Below, in pieces: positions 38,901 through 54,121 of a DNA stretch of 64,000 nucleotides; position 1 is the first letter of the stretch; the number at the start of each line of letters is the position of its first letter. Origin of the DNA: Laetmonice hystrix (lineage: Eukaryota); contig OZ249436.1 of NCBI GenBank assembly GCA_965235115.1, forward strand, positions 35,900,001-35,964,000, in the 5' to 3' direction. The notes beneath the pieces were generated by a model. That model ran no database searches. It was not told the origin of the DNA and was given only the letters and a program-made list of their open reading frames with translations. The translations under genes were made by a program, and so were the position numbers.

Positions 38901-41900
38901 CCGACGGTAGAGCTGGCGGAGGTTGCTCACCAAGCTCGAGTCCGGCATTTCCATCTCTGGCTCCGAGCTCCGCCGCTGTACCGGCTTCTTCTGTGTGGTG
39001 ATGTGACTGCCGAAGCTACCCGACCCGTCCGAATCCGAGCCATTGCTGCCGTAAGACCTGGGGGAAAAACGGATCATTGTAGCATTTTAGCGGCGTATTT
39101 ATTTGCCTTAGCAAAAGTAAAATCAGAAATCTGATTCTTATATAATGGAGCTTTAGAAGCCTATGACAATTTATAATAATTTACATGTTTATTGCAAAGA
39201 GTGCACACCTTTGTGAACCGGAGTTACTAATATGGGTTTTAGTTGAGAGGGCTCGAGGCCTGGGGAGAGTAGGCAGTGGTGGAGGTGTGTTTTGGAAGTC
39301 TCCGATCGCCTCCACAATGTCCTTGAGCTGTCCAGGTAGAACGTGTACATCTCTTGGTACTATACCCTGTAAATAAACATTCTGAATATGAATATTAAGT
39401 GGCATTTTGTTGTCATCAAAGATAATTTATCATCATGAGGGCAAGCGAGAACGTTTCTGTCGTCTGCTACGGTCCGGTTTGCAAGGCGAGTGCTTCCCCC
39501 TAGTGACAAAAGATTAAACTAGAGAGAGAGAGACGGAGAAGGCTGGGAGGCAGACAATTACATCACGCATTCCTTCTTCCATATATACCCACTATTGATA
39601 TGTTTAAAATCAAGTGTTTAAATTAAGAAAGGTGATTAATGCCGCCATCTGGCTCGGGGAAGGGCTAGGAATAGTTTTTTTCCCTTCTTCCCAATAAATT
39701 CCTTGGGGATGTCGTCTTTGGGTATATACTGGGGACAGGTCGGGGGGGGGGGGCAAAATTACAGCCCCAATGATTGACAACTATTGTCGCCTATAGCCTT
39801 CACCTCGCTCCCGGTATATGCTCTACTGTCCAACGTGATACTATAGATCTGGTCAATTAATTTATAGCATGTTTGGTAGCAGCTGCTGCATTGTAACATC
39901 GACAACTGCTGCTATACAACAATTCTACGAAATTCTGGCAAGTATATGCCCTATTGCGGAGCGCGTTATGTTTGCGCACATAGTAGGCCTATACCTGCGC
40001 GAAAATAAGCGAAATCTAGGATAAGGGGGGGGGGGGATTCTGAACAAAAGCAAGGATGTTCACCGCTGCCCTGGCGGCGACGGCAGGAACGTCTCCGACC
40101 AATCTGCTTAGGGGGCTCAAAACATGATTTAGATGTGGCGGATTTTATAATATATAATAGGCAGCCGAGTCGAATCTTGATTGTCGGCTGTCCCTTCAGT
40201 TTTAGGGAGGGGGGCTCAAGCCGGGTAAACCCCCACCCCGCCCCACCCCCAACCCCCCAACCCCCGCCGACCGTGCCCGGACGGTGATATAGACGCGCCG
40301 CGAGTTAGCGTTTTTATGTAGACTTATAAAAAAAGAAGGAACAACTATATATTGTTGTTTTGGAAAAAAAACCCATATCGTTTTGCTGTTATAACATCAC
40401 CAAAAATCATGTTTCATTTGGGTTCTGGTCCTTTTTATTTTTGTTTTTGAAAGTAGATCAAATATGCCAGCTGAATTTAGAAATTCATCGCTTTTGTTCA
40501 CTAGTCAACATCCTTAACTCAGAGATTATCTACTGGTCGGGCTACCTGGAACAAAAATCGAGACCAACTGGCTTGACTACGGTTTTATCATGCAATATTC
40601 TGTGTTTTGCTTTCCCCACAATGAGCGTGATGACGTCACTGTGGAGCAGCCGAAACCGTTCCACCGTCTGTGATGCATTGAGACAACCACACGTCTGCTA
40701 CTCGGAGCTCGGTCTCCTTCCTGGTGTTGCCAACTCTATATATAACGCAGCCAGACCAGTTATTATACAATAGAACATGGTCAGGTAACAGTCACAAAAC
40801 ATCCAAAAACCGTTCTCTTGTCACGGCTACGACACCTCAGGCAGGTTTGCCAGCAGCATGTAACTGGAGGTTATGGTAGAAGTCCAATGATGTTTTTGCA
40901 CATTCCTCTAAATGAAGTGCAATAAAGGTCAACTCTTCTGACCATTTAACCTCCGTAGGACCTATTCAAGTCCACTAATCAATTTATTACTTATTACTTT
41001 GAACTGTGGTAGGTTCATACTACTACTACTACTACTACAAAAAAAGGCATTTCCAGTATCAGAGGAAAAGTAGTATGGAACTGAAACTTTGCGATAATCT
41101 TTTGAAGTGGAGCGCCAAATTATTGTTACCACTGAGATAGCGGGGGAACGACGGGAAATTTGGCCGGGGGATCCTTGCAGAATGCTTGAACAGGTGCCAA
41201 CAGCAAGACTTTGTCAACCCTTTTCATCTCTTAGGACATCTGAAACTGCTGGAGTTTTCCATGTTCTATCACTGAGTTATCGCTAACATTGCCGCTGGAC
41301 TGGGACACCTATTACGTACCAGGTTATAGGTAACATGGATAAATCGAGATTTCGAATGGCAAAAAATGGCGACATCACATTGAAACCAAGGTGTCTCGAT
41401 TCTACAGACCTTCTTGGCTTGCTGGGAGCCCTAAATTCTTACCGAACTGCTCCTGGCCCTCCAATATCAATATTGCTATGAACATGCAAAAATGTCTGCC
41501 ACCATGCCCACAGCCTAGTTGTCATAAGTCGACCTTATCATAATGACATCAGTACTGTTACCCACTGACCCTGCAGGGTAAAACCGGCCTGGCTATAGAA
41601 GCCGTACTGGTTATGCCTGGCTAACCCATTCAAACTTTTAACGATGACTTGCAAGTTTATTAAACATCTTCTTGGTGATGAGTTAGGAGAATGATCAATT
41701 TATATAGGCCTACATGACATTACATGAAGACATGAAGTAAGTAACTTGTTCAAAATGATTCGTCTCCATTCCGTTCAAAGTTTACAAACAATATTCCAAT
41801 GACCTCAGACCTCATTTACTGTGGACCATCTTCAGCACGAGAACAAGTTCTTCTCCATATATTCCCTGTCCATTTCGCGTAGAGATGATGAAGAAGATGG

Positions 41901-44900
41901 CAATACAGGAGAACCACGCACACTGGGGCAAGCCCTACTCTTCGACAAGTGGCAAGTGTCCTTTACGGTTCAACACGGCATTGACACAGTCTGACACGCC
42001 GAGCCTTTGATAACTCAGACGTGAGCACTAGGTGAACTTCTGAGTAAACTTTAGTTCACACCCGAACACAATGGAATCAAAACAAGAAACCGTAACGTAA
42101 TATTCTGTTCCGTTATACATTTGTATTTGTATAAATAAAGGGGGAAATCGTCACTTTTTAAAAATAAACAATCAACTTCTCTAATAATGAGGATAAAGAA
42201 AGCAACACGCTAAAAAGCGTTGATGGCTCAGTTGCGGAGCACTAGGGAGGACCAATGTGAGACGTGGCACTTTACGGATCCAAAACCTTGCGGAGCACTA
42301 GGGAGGACCAATGTGAGACGTGGCACTTTACGGATCCAAAACCTTGCGGAGCACTGGGGAGGACCAATGAGAGACGCGGCACTTTACGGATCCAAAACCT
42401 TGCGGAGTATTGGGGAGGACCAATGAGAGACGTGGCACTGGCCTGACCCAAAACCTTGTGGAGCACTGGGGAGGACCAATGAGAGACGTGGCACTGGCCT
42501 GACCCAAAACCTTGCGGAGCACTGGGGAGGACCAATGAGAGACGTGGCACTTTACGGATCTAAAACCTTGCGGAGTACTGGGGAGGACCAATGAGAGACG
42601 TGGCACCGGACTGATCCAAAACCTTGCGGAGCACTGGGGAGGACCAATGAGAGACGTGGCACTTTACGGATCTAAAACCTTGCGGAGCACTGGAGAGGAC
42701 CAATGAGAGATGTGGCACTGGACGGATCTAAAACTTTGCGGAGCACTAGGGAGGACCAATGAGAGACGTGGCACCGGACTGATCCAAAACCTTGCGGAGC
42801 ACTAGGGAGGACCAATGAGAGACGTGGCACTGGACGGATCCAAAACCTATCTGTGCCGCTTGATGATTCTACAATCAGAAGTTCAAACTTCGCCACGCCA
42901 ACCCTCGGCGCATTTTCTCCTATAACAAACAGCAAGGGTGAAGACCGTTTTTCCGCAAGACGAGGGGGGGGGGGGTCTTGGTGGTGGTTGGAGTTAGGTG
43001 CGTGTAATAACAACAGAAGGCGGATCAACAGAGCATAGAATCGTAATGGCGCCGCTGCATCGGGGTCAGGGATCTAAATATGAAGGGAAAACTAACAGTG
43101 GGTGTGGAGAACCAGCCGAGTGGCGGGCCAGTCACCCAGGCCAGTTTTCACAGAGTACACTTTGGGTACCACTGCATGTCACGACTTGAAGTCTCTAAAC
43201 TAGACTGTAGACAATAATATGGCGGGTTAGACCCTGACCTCAGGACTCTGCCGGCCGAGTCGCAAACAGTGGCTCGCCATTCTACATTAAAATGATACAA
43301 TGAAATCCTTAACGACTGTTTAGATGATCGCGACCATCTCCAACGCGTGCTTTCACGCCTGTAGCTCCACACGCTCCAATTACTTCTGCATAAGTATTAA
43401 GTAATTAGCTAATGGTTGAAAGTACTCCCTTTGATATGCGGAACCATACCCCTCCCCCTAGAAAGTTGGCGCACGTCCATAAGCACATGGTGCATTAAGA
43501 AGAGAGCAGGCGATACAATTTAAATAAAAAAAAAATAAAAATAAACAGAGATAATAAATATTCTAACTTCGCAAAACATCTGCGTCTACAGAGCTCCCGG
43601 CATCAAGCGACACAGAACGACTAACTGTGCATGCAATCCCAGTCCTTACATGTCACCTGTATGGAGATACAGACGTCTTCTCCAGTGACATCAAGGATAA
43701 TTAGCTACCACTTCATCCCTAAAGTGACAACGGAGAACCGTAAGAGGCACCCACCTCCCGTCTGGACGAGCTGGGTCAGTCGTTGACCTATCTCTGGCAT
43801 TTCTATGCCAAGGAAATCCAAGTGAACAGTCGAAGCTTATTTAGACATTTGTTTCCTTTTCCATAAAGCTTTCTACATTACAGTGTTTCTAGCTATTATT
43901 CTCGCCTCTTCCTAAATGCATAAGGCTCTGCTTCTGCCTCATATTTAGGCCTACATTTATCCGTAGTTAGAAAAACACATAACAAAAAAAGTCTATTAAA
44001 AATGTCACATCTTACAATTAGAGCCCACAGGTTGCATGCTATTCCACAATCCGATGTGTGCTTAGCGTGTATAATAAGGAAATTACCTTATAACATCAGA
44101 GTTTTCCCCTTCCAGAAACTGTTAAATCTAATGCTGTAATTGTTACAATTAGATAAGCGTAGATGGCCTTAAAATATTATTCCGATCATAAGAGTCACTG
44201 CTGCCTTATTGATGCCGACATTGTTAGATGTCGGATAGATTATCTTATTACACGACTTGTGAAAATTCTATTTCCTTTAAAACATACACAAGAGAGCAGG
44301 CATAAGCTGTGCCTCTTTAAGAAACTGACCTTTTTGTCTAGATACAACAAATTTGATTCAATAGCAGCCTTCACGATTATCTCAAAGTAGGGCACTGCAA
44401 ATAATATTAGCAGCAGTGTTCAGGAGGCATTACGGCAAGTCAAAGTTCCGTATGGGTGCCCTACACGACCTACACACGACTCGCAAACTGAGGCTTAGCG
44501 ACAGGAAACCCTAGGGCATCATTAGCCACATGTAAAGAAAGTCAAAACACAGGATTACAACAATTGTTCTTCTTCTTCTGAAAACATCACGAAACGTTAG
44601 CGTTTTCCTTCATTATTTCTAACAAAAGAATGCGATTTCGGAGGAGAACCGTTGTTAGAATTATGGAACGACGCAGTTAAACACAGATGGGGTTCAAAGA
44701 AATTGTGGACACAACAGTACAAAGCTGTATTAGGGCCATGACGAAAAAAAACTGTTAAAGACACACTAACTCGTACGTACGACTTACTAACTCGTACATG
44801 CGGCTTATTAACCCGTACTTATGACATACTAAGTCGTACGTACTAGTATTTCGTACGTACGAGTTAGTAAGTCGTATGCATTAGTCTGTCATCGAACGAC

Positions 44901-47900
44901 TTATTAACCCATACTATGACGTACTTCGTATGTCGTACGTACGAGTTATTAAGTCGTATGCATGACTTAGTATGTCATACGTACGACTTCCTAAATCGTA
45001 CATACGACATACTAAGTCATACATGCTACGACTTACTAACCTGTACGTATGACTTATTAACCCGTACGTACGACTTATTAACCTGGATGTATAACATACT
45101 ATTAAAGTCGTACGTACTTAGTATGTCGTACGTACGAGTTAGTAAGTCGTATGCATGAATGGGTATGTCATACGTACGACTTAGTACATATGTTTTTCTT
45201 CATGGCCCTCATGCACCTTCATACAACAGGACCAGTGTAAGTCATTTGTCGACATGAGAACATTTCCACTGTGGGGTCTGGCTGATAAAACACTATGCAT
45301 AAACTCTTCAGTTTTTCTATACCTGCTCCTATCTGTTTTTTCCACGGTTCTATTTCATTTGGTGGTGTAATATTTACTACCGTTAATGAAGTTTCAGGTG
45401 CCCTGCAGTAGGCCTAGTACTTGGTGCGATGGGGCATTGTCCGGCAGCGATCAGTGAGGTAAGTCTCAGAGTGGTAGGAAAGTCCAATTGAAACTTGCCT
45501 TCGTGTGCCCATTGGGGTAGCGACAGGTCCTGGAGCCTCGTCAACACTTAGGCCGTCGTTAACAGTGGAAATTCTTTCTCTGCAACTTGTGAACCTCGCA
45601 GGAAATGGTCCCAAGCGTGAGCACGCACGGTATATATCCTAAAGGACCATGACTATTAAATTCACGTCTTTTCTCCTAAACGGCTTATATCTCAAGGCAG
45701 ATATGTTTAAGTCGACACGAATAAAATCATCAATGCCAAAATCAATGGGATGTTTATGAGTATACGATAAGGCTTTAATAAACTGCCGTAAACTGGCCTT
45801 CTCAATGAGTAAATTGTACTCAGGAAACTAGTTCTGCTCAGCCTCTATTCTTTTTCATTTATGTTGTCATCTGAAGAGACCTTCTATACTTCATAGACTT
45901 AGCACTTAGTGTGGGGGAATAAGGGTTTCTTAGAAACTGCTTTGCGGCATACACTCGTTCAAGAGTGCACTTACAAACGGACTTGTCAAAATTCTAGAGG
46001 GCGGAGTTCTAGCAATGGTTTTATAAAGGTTAGTTCAACTGTAGAGCTGTCATAATACATGTATACCCTTTAACTCCTTGTCGGACCCGAATTAACCAAA
46101 ACTTTACCTTTTTCTACGAATCCTCATAACCGATGTACCAGATACGGGTATTTTAACCATCTTACAAAGTACGTACCGGAAGTGAGTGACTAATTGGTAG
46201 GTTTCTCTTGAGTAGGCCTAATTTGGAATAAGTTGTCCTGCCAGTGGGATTCTCAGTCGGCGATGATAATGATAACATAATTGATACCGGAAGAACGCCT
46301 TCATAAAAGTAAACGATGTCCTACTTCTGTGGGATGAATGGTAGGGGTTCTTTTAGCAAAATCGCGCGCAATTATCGCCTATCAGTTGATAATACATCAT
46401 ACACAATATTAATGTCGTAGTTGGAGAAATAATCTTCAACAACTTTTTTTCTGACTAAATCCATACCAAAGAAACAAGAATAGCGTGTTCCTCGTCTTTA
46501 GACGACAAACACGCGGCCACATGAACTATGTACAGTGCAATGTTTGGTCTTTCAAAACTGTGCATGCACCATATGAATAAAGTGAAAACATATATTCACA
46601 GAAACATTTTTATAATCGTAGTGCAGTTCCTTGTCTGCGGCTTGCATGCATCCTGAACAAGCTCCAGTAAACACGTCATAAATACCCGTGCATTCCGATA
46701 GGTATACCACCCTGACAACTAATTCAGACATGGCAATTCAGATTTATGTTGTTAGCCCCTTCACTTTATACCAATCATTTTCCTACTGGTCGTAAATTTC
46801 AACGTTATCTTCAAGAAAGGACATAACGTTACTTTTATGCGGAAGTCCTGCCTATGGTTCACGGAAAACACCGCAAACTTGGAGAGCCACAAGCATTTCC
46901 TTGGGGAGGTAACTGTAAATCGTAAAAAATCAAACACAATATCTGACTACATAGGGAGAAATATACCTGTTTAACACGTTGATGTCACATTGAACCTACG
47001 TCTGTGCAACTCCACGGCTTCTCAGCTCACCAGAAATAAATATTGCTTTGTAAAATTCAGAGCATAACCTACCCAAAGCCTGAATTACTACAAAAGGAGC
47101 AATAATTCGGTCAAGTGCGCTGGTAAAGATACTTATCCCAGTGCTACACAACCCACGGAAGAGAGTAAGCACGGTATATATCCGGCGTGCCACTATAATC
47201 TCCCTAAATTTGCTGATTAACTGATGCTTTCACAATGTATCCGTAATATATATTCCTTAAAGGTACCAATTATAGTTGTGCTGGGGAAACTGTGACATGC
47301 CTGTGTCAGAACACTGCTACAGGACAGAGACGGCTATGACAGGAGGTCATAACACGCATCCGGGCATCCCCTTTGGGTATGACAGGGTCCACTGACCGCC
47401 TATAATCCTCACTTCTCGCGGACAGATGTACTGGAAGGACACAGAATGAAACCATAACGGTCTGAAGAATGTTTCTGGTTTATATACAAACGCTGGCACA
47501 AAGCCCCCTCACCTCACCTCCTCACCTTTTCTGTCCTTTTCAAATGTCTGTAGACATCAAGGAAACCCCACTGATTTCCAAGAAATCGCGATTATGGTAA
47601 CATACCATTATGGTAACTATTACTAATGAAGAAAGATCCGGTATGATTTAGAAGTATATTCATGTTGTCATGCAACTCAGATTAATAGCAATATTTTGGC
47701 CAGTAGCTCAAACAGCCACATCTCAAACAGAGGGGATAGCGTGTCCGGATGAGCCGTGAACGGACAAGGTACCTTGTACCTTGTCAACTGCAAGATCTGG
47801 GAATCGTTTTCTGTTGTTGAACGCGGTTCTGCGAGCTGGCAGTCTAGCCGGCGACCTTATTCACCGTTTCTAGAACTGGTGTTTCCTTTAGTGATGGTTT

Positions 47901-50900
47901 TCATAGCTAGCTGTCAGGAAACAGTGAAGTTTATTGGTGCATGAGCTGGTGTTTGTGCTACAACTGGTGTTTTACTCCTGGATAACAGAATTTTTAATCA
48001 TTCTGTAATCATTATGTTATTCATAGAATCGTTTCGTTGACCGCTGGAGCATCCAGTGGGGGGTGGGGGTGAGTTGGAGCTTAGGATCCAAGACCCCGTG
48101 TAGTCGATGGTGGGCCCACCCCCTTGACAAGACAGCCCCCCCCCCCACACACACACACCCTTACAACATCCTACTCGCGGCTGACGACTGTCAGTCTTGG
48201 GTAGCAGCCCTGTCGGTACACGTTAGTACTCGGGTCCCAAATACCCGTCTACAGGTTAAAGAAATGGCGGTATCAACGTTTTCCGTGATGATCAAAAACC
48301 AACCAAATCAAAGATATGCCACTAACTGGCCAAGAACCAAGGTGCTATACGGTGGCTTAATATTTATTCAATACTTATTTCCATTGAATACTTTGTTCCC
48401 TTCTTATATAAATGAAATACCATATCTAAAATACCCGCTTTAATATGGATATCATTTTTGTGCAATTGCAAACTCCCGCCACATCTATTATGCCATGTCT
48501 AGAGAGTGTGATCTGATATGCCACAGTTCCCGAATGTTCGTTCGGGTTTTTACTCAGACCTATATTCACGCACTGAACGTCATGAACAGACCCTGTTCAG
48601 CCCACAAGACAAACACAGCTAGACTTACGTACGTGGAAAGATTCTCTGTCCTTCCACAAACACCACTGAATATGTAGGCCCTACAAATGGTCCCTGCCCT
48701 ATTTTAATGCAATATTACTAAACATTGGGCATATATGCCTAAAGACTGTGCAAATACAATGCAAAGGGCAGCAGGCCACCTGACAGTAAGTGGGCAGAGC
48801 ACTGTTCCTCAACTTCTACCGCCATCTGTTCGTCTCTTTCCCAGGATTCTGTGCAATCCACTTTACATTTTACATTGACAGTATTCGCCCTCCACATAAA
48901 TACCATATGAAATTTTAGACTAAAGTGGAAACATTATGACAAATCTGTTCATAGTCCAGTCGGTCTCAGGAATCTGCCGTAGGTTGGAACACATTAACGT
49001 ATTAAAACAACCAGGTATTTACATCCCAAGTCACACTGCGTTACCTCTTCCGCCACACACAAAAAGGACACTTGTAAGCATGGAGAGGTTTCGTAGGGCG
49101 TCATCGCTGGTTAAAAGGGCGTGTAAAACATTGCTTTGCTTACAATAACTGACCCAGGAATACGACATTTACTGGGATTCGTACACATCCTCAAGTATCA
49201 CTAATGACACCATTTAGCAATCAATCTTATATACCAGGTATACTTTTACAATGGGGGATCTAAGATTTTGATAAGGGGGGGCACGAGGATTTTGATAAGG
49301 GGGGCCACCAGGATTCTGATAAGGGGGGCCCACCTACAATTTTTTTATTTATTAGAAAGTACACTAATATAATGTTGAAAGTAAGTTTTCTACGGGAAAC
49401 GATAAACAAATTGCTAGCAATTAAAGAGAGGCCCAGCGAATCAAGAGTGAAAGCCTACTTACCGTTGATAAGCCAATGATATACGACTTCCAGACGTCTC
49501 GCTCATTCTCTTTGTCAAACTGAAAGACAAATTATGATCCATATTACTATACGTGCCATCAATACAAATATATATTGGTATTTATATTCCGGGATATGAA
49601 GAACCAGTATGAAATATTTTCGCTGAATATTATGGTACGCGACTGTTGCTATAAATGAAATGTTGAATTCGGAATGCCAAGATTCATCCTGTCCGGTCAA
49701 TGATAACAGATCGATTAATGAGCTTCACATATCTTCGGCTACCAACATAATAATATTATGGCTTGTACCTCACATTTACATATCTACGTATGAAACCGTT
49801 GACATTAGATATGGAAGACACGTACTTAATCAAATTGAATTGTGTCACGTTGATCCAATAAATGTCACATATTCAGAAATCTCATTTATTAGATTTAGAC
49901 TTGGAATTATATCATTTAACTGTTACATGTCGCCATATTGGGTGCCACCGCTAAGGGGAAATTCTTGTTGCTGTCATTGAAATCTTAGCTGAGTTTTTAA
50001 CGAAACAAAATGTTCATGTTCCACCTTTTCGGGGTTAGTCAAATATCATGTTATGATATATGATTTACAGGGGATGATGGGTATACGTATATCTCAATGT
50101 ATGGCTTCTACATGGTCCAATTGTTTATTTAACCCAACATTCAACTATACCTCGATGTATTCACAATAGACCATACAGCGGTACGTATGTACGTAGCTGT
50201 CACAACATCAGTAAGCCATAATTAGCAGCTCTTGCTAACCCTCAACTAGCCAGCATATATGTTCCACAGAATCAGGACGGCCGTTCGAGGTCAGTTGGCA
50301 TGTTAAAATGTCTCTTAGTCTCACCCGAAGATATCTAAAGTTCACTGCCTTTTTATTTGACAGTTTTGTACATGACTGACAATCGCAGTCCATGAGGTTC
50401 TGCATGAGAGGGCAACCGTTACATTCTCAACTGCACGGGTCCATTTACGTCCACACACCTGCTGGGAACAAATGATATTCCTTGCATATGTCTGGTGTCT
50501 ACGATTCGTGCGAAATCACCAGCACTTTTTTTTAAAGAAGTATACTGGACAAATAAAAGTACCATTAATTTCTAGTCGGCTCCATGTTACTTCGTATGGT
50601 CTTATTTCCTGACGCTCCTGTTAAACAGAGCTAGCGTTCTGCATGCATGAAATGATCGGAGGTTCCTTCAACCTTGTCGACAGCAGGGATAAAGGGGAAC
50701 TTTATAAAGATTTAGGTAACCTACTAACCTCTCACGCCCTAGAAAGCCGGTTTGAAAAAGCAATAAAAACAAGAGAACAACTCGAACTTAAGTCTTTATC
50801 TCAGAAAACTATTATGGATAATTCAGGGCAACTGCGGGGACAATTACCGGACAATGCCCCGTGATATGTAGTCTACCTATTCACAAGTAGGTCAAGAACA

Positions 50901-53900
50901 ATTGCAAAGTGAAAATGTGTGAAATCATTCTTTCGCAAAGCAATTTTACTTATGTCATTGCGAGTAAAGTGCATGTTCTTTTCCACATCATGTTATTTTC
51001 TGCAAATTAAAATTTGTAAATTATGACTGCAACTTTTCGTTTCAGTACATTTTTATTTTTCATTGACTATTTCATTTCTGAAAAATATGTTAATGGCCGC
51101 CGTATACTGTCATGTGCCTTACCGTCATTTCCAGTCACAGACTCATAAAGCTCACAGACAAATTCTAACTTTTATACCTTTATGCTATGTCTCTTAAATA
51201 CTCAGTAACGGATCTAGGGGAGGGGTCCATTTTGCATCCATTTTGCCCCACAGAACTTTCTGAGTTGGACCCCTTTGGCTACATTTCCCCACTGAACCTA
51301 GCTCCCACCTTCATTTACAAACTCCTTCATCCGCAGTCGATAACGTTTAAAAACTTCAGTGGTTGATTAAACGAGTTATCCAATCCTTTTTTGTAAGCTT
51401 GTTAACTGGAATGGAAAGGAGCCTGTTTGCTTAGAACAGAAGATCCTGTGTTACCCAGGTTGTTCACTGCCTTCCCTCTGCCGTATTCCAACTCACTCAA
51501 TCAAACAGGCCGTTTTTACCGTCAGTGAACGGTAATGAACTTGGAAGACAACTCCGCTCTACCTGTCCCTGTCATTCTTGCAGCTGTTGACTCGTTTCTG
51601 AGGACACTCTACACATTCAGTTAAATCTGTTTTTCGCCATTTGTTACAAATACCTCTAAGTTCTCTCGGAAACATTTAAAGTAAATTTCTCCATTTAAAG
51701 GGGCATGCTATGAAACACGTTTTTGAGGATTTCCGGCGATTATCCAACATGACCGTGTACTAGGGATCCAAGTAAATAATCCTACCACAGCATTTTGTCC
51801 TCCAACGTGTTTTCGCTGCTTATGCAGCACAAGTAGATTCTATACGACCAAACCTATAGATTTCTCCCGATAGCACATCTCCCGCCATAATTTGCTATAG
51901 ACAACCTCCCATCAACCCCTGTAATTGCATACTGTGTCACATCCTGCGTGTGCACTCTCTGCATGTGCGTAGTCACGTGCTTCGCTTAGTTGTAAAAAAT
52001 TCAGCAGTTGCACTCGATCGTCCGGCATCAGAATGCCACCCAAAAAATATTTTACGAAATCGGGAGAAAAGCGGGCAAGGGAGCTTCATAAACTTCGATT
52101 TCTCACACAAAATGAAACTGATAAGTCTGTCTTTGTTTACCAAGCAATATTAATGAAGGATCTCTTTATGAAACAGCAAAAGTTCTTTGAAATACCGATT
52201 TTTCACGTTTCCTCATAATATGCCCCTTTAACACACATGTAATACATGTAATAAACATTCTTTACCGTTCTCTCTTTCTCTCTCTCCCTCTCTCTACCAT
52301 ATCATTTTTCAAAGGCATCAACCTGCCCCGATATGATGCATTATAACATGACCACAAAAACAGCAAAACATTTCAAAGTCTGTAGATGTAGCACCAAACA
52401 TTTTAACCAGGCTATGATATATCACAATTGATAGGGGGAACTTCAATGTTTTCACGCTCAATCTCAGGTGTAACAAGCAGTAGTAGGGCCTACTACAGGA
52501 TGTGGGCTTGGCGCAAGCCATGACATTCACGGCCTTTAGATTACCCTCCTATTACCCCGAACACGGCCCACAGCTCCACTTCAGTGAGCACGGAGAATAG
52601 TCGGCCTCCCATTACCTCGCCCTGAAAACCAAACCCTTCCCCCTTATGTCATGCTCATGACGGCATCCTTTTCTGAAAAGAGGGTTTCGCACGTAATGAA
52701 ATATTATGGATCTTTCTTTGGTAAATAGTAAACACAAGGCTTCAAAGCTGAAGGCTCCCATAAAGTTTCCTGACTACCTAAGTGGTTCTACTGGCTTGCC
52801 ACCTATTCTTTTCGACCAATAGAAATGCCAGTAGGCCAACGTACTGGTTGACTCCTTTCTTTAAATTGATTTTAGCAATGACAACATGAAAAGTCAATCC
52901 CTTTGTGATGGGGAAAGGGCAATCCCTTTGTGATGGGGAAAGGGCAATCCCTTTGTGATGGGGAAAGGGCAATCCCTTTGTGATGGGGAAAGGGCAATCC
53001 CTTTGTGATGGGGAAAGGGCAATCCCTTTGTGATGGGGGAAGGGCAATCCCTTTCTGCTGGGGGAAGGGCAATCCCTTTCTGATGGGGGAAAAGGCAATT
53101 GGCCAGTGTTACCATCTTGAGTGGCCCACATGAATTGTCCTGGCCCAGGATTATCAGTATGACTGACGGGCATCAGTGGGAAGCCTGGAATCACAATGGT
53201 GAAACCCTACGCATCAGGAAATGTAACTCAACACCCGCTAAACCCTTTCAGCCTAAAGCTTGAATATCAAGGGTTCCCAGGGTTACCAAATCCCACGGTG
53301 AATACTCAAAAATAAAAATAATTAAATAAATTAACGTAGTAAAAAAACCACAACAATTACAGCTTTACATAATGAAAATTCTACTGACCTCATTACGTGT
53401 ATGAAAGAACTTTTTCGGAATACCCCCCCCCCCCCAAAAAAAAAGAAGGAATTAAATCGAAGGGCTTGACTTATCTAAAATTATAAATCATCTGATGCCC
53501 TAAATGAGTTGCGTAACCTCCGACCTTTCTTGTGTCTGTGTAAGAGTTAGAGGGCAATCAAGGCAGTTTAGTGACCTCGGCTACACCCCGGTGGTTAGCC
53601 TAAGGCTGAGTATGAGGGCGCCTTCCATGTTGACTGGTCACGGCTCACCGATACAGCACGAATACAGTGGTTCCAATGCTGACATTCACAACACAACCCC
53701 TGGGAGAGGACAGGCCTACATACAACTGTATCTAGTCCACACCTGTAGGCAGTCCACGGTCCTTGAAACACCTTTATTGGTCACCACCCACAGCATTGAT
53801 TTATGGCTCAATCTCTATGGGGCCTCACTTTAAGGACAAGTGCTAGTGTGAGGCCAAATATTTGTTTGAGACAGATTTTTTTTAAATTTTGCAGATAAAC

Positions 53901-54014
53901 AGAGTATGTTGTCCTCTTTCAAAATTCAGCAAAAAAATGATACCTCACCGGCTTAGTTTTTTTGTTAGGAGCGTTTGAAGTTGGTATTTTCTTCATGTTA
54001 ATGAATAGAGTTTG

Positions 54015-54051
<37 letters not shown>

Positions 54052-54083
54052 TTTTTGTCAGAACGGTGTTATGACAAATAGAA

Positions 54084-54121
<38 letters not shown>

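Noticed and set aside
42220..53194. Repetitive ORFs at 42220-43028, 44916-45158 and 52778-53194
   Set aside because: They are translations of minisatellites or TE-internal repeats.
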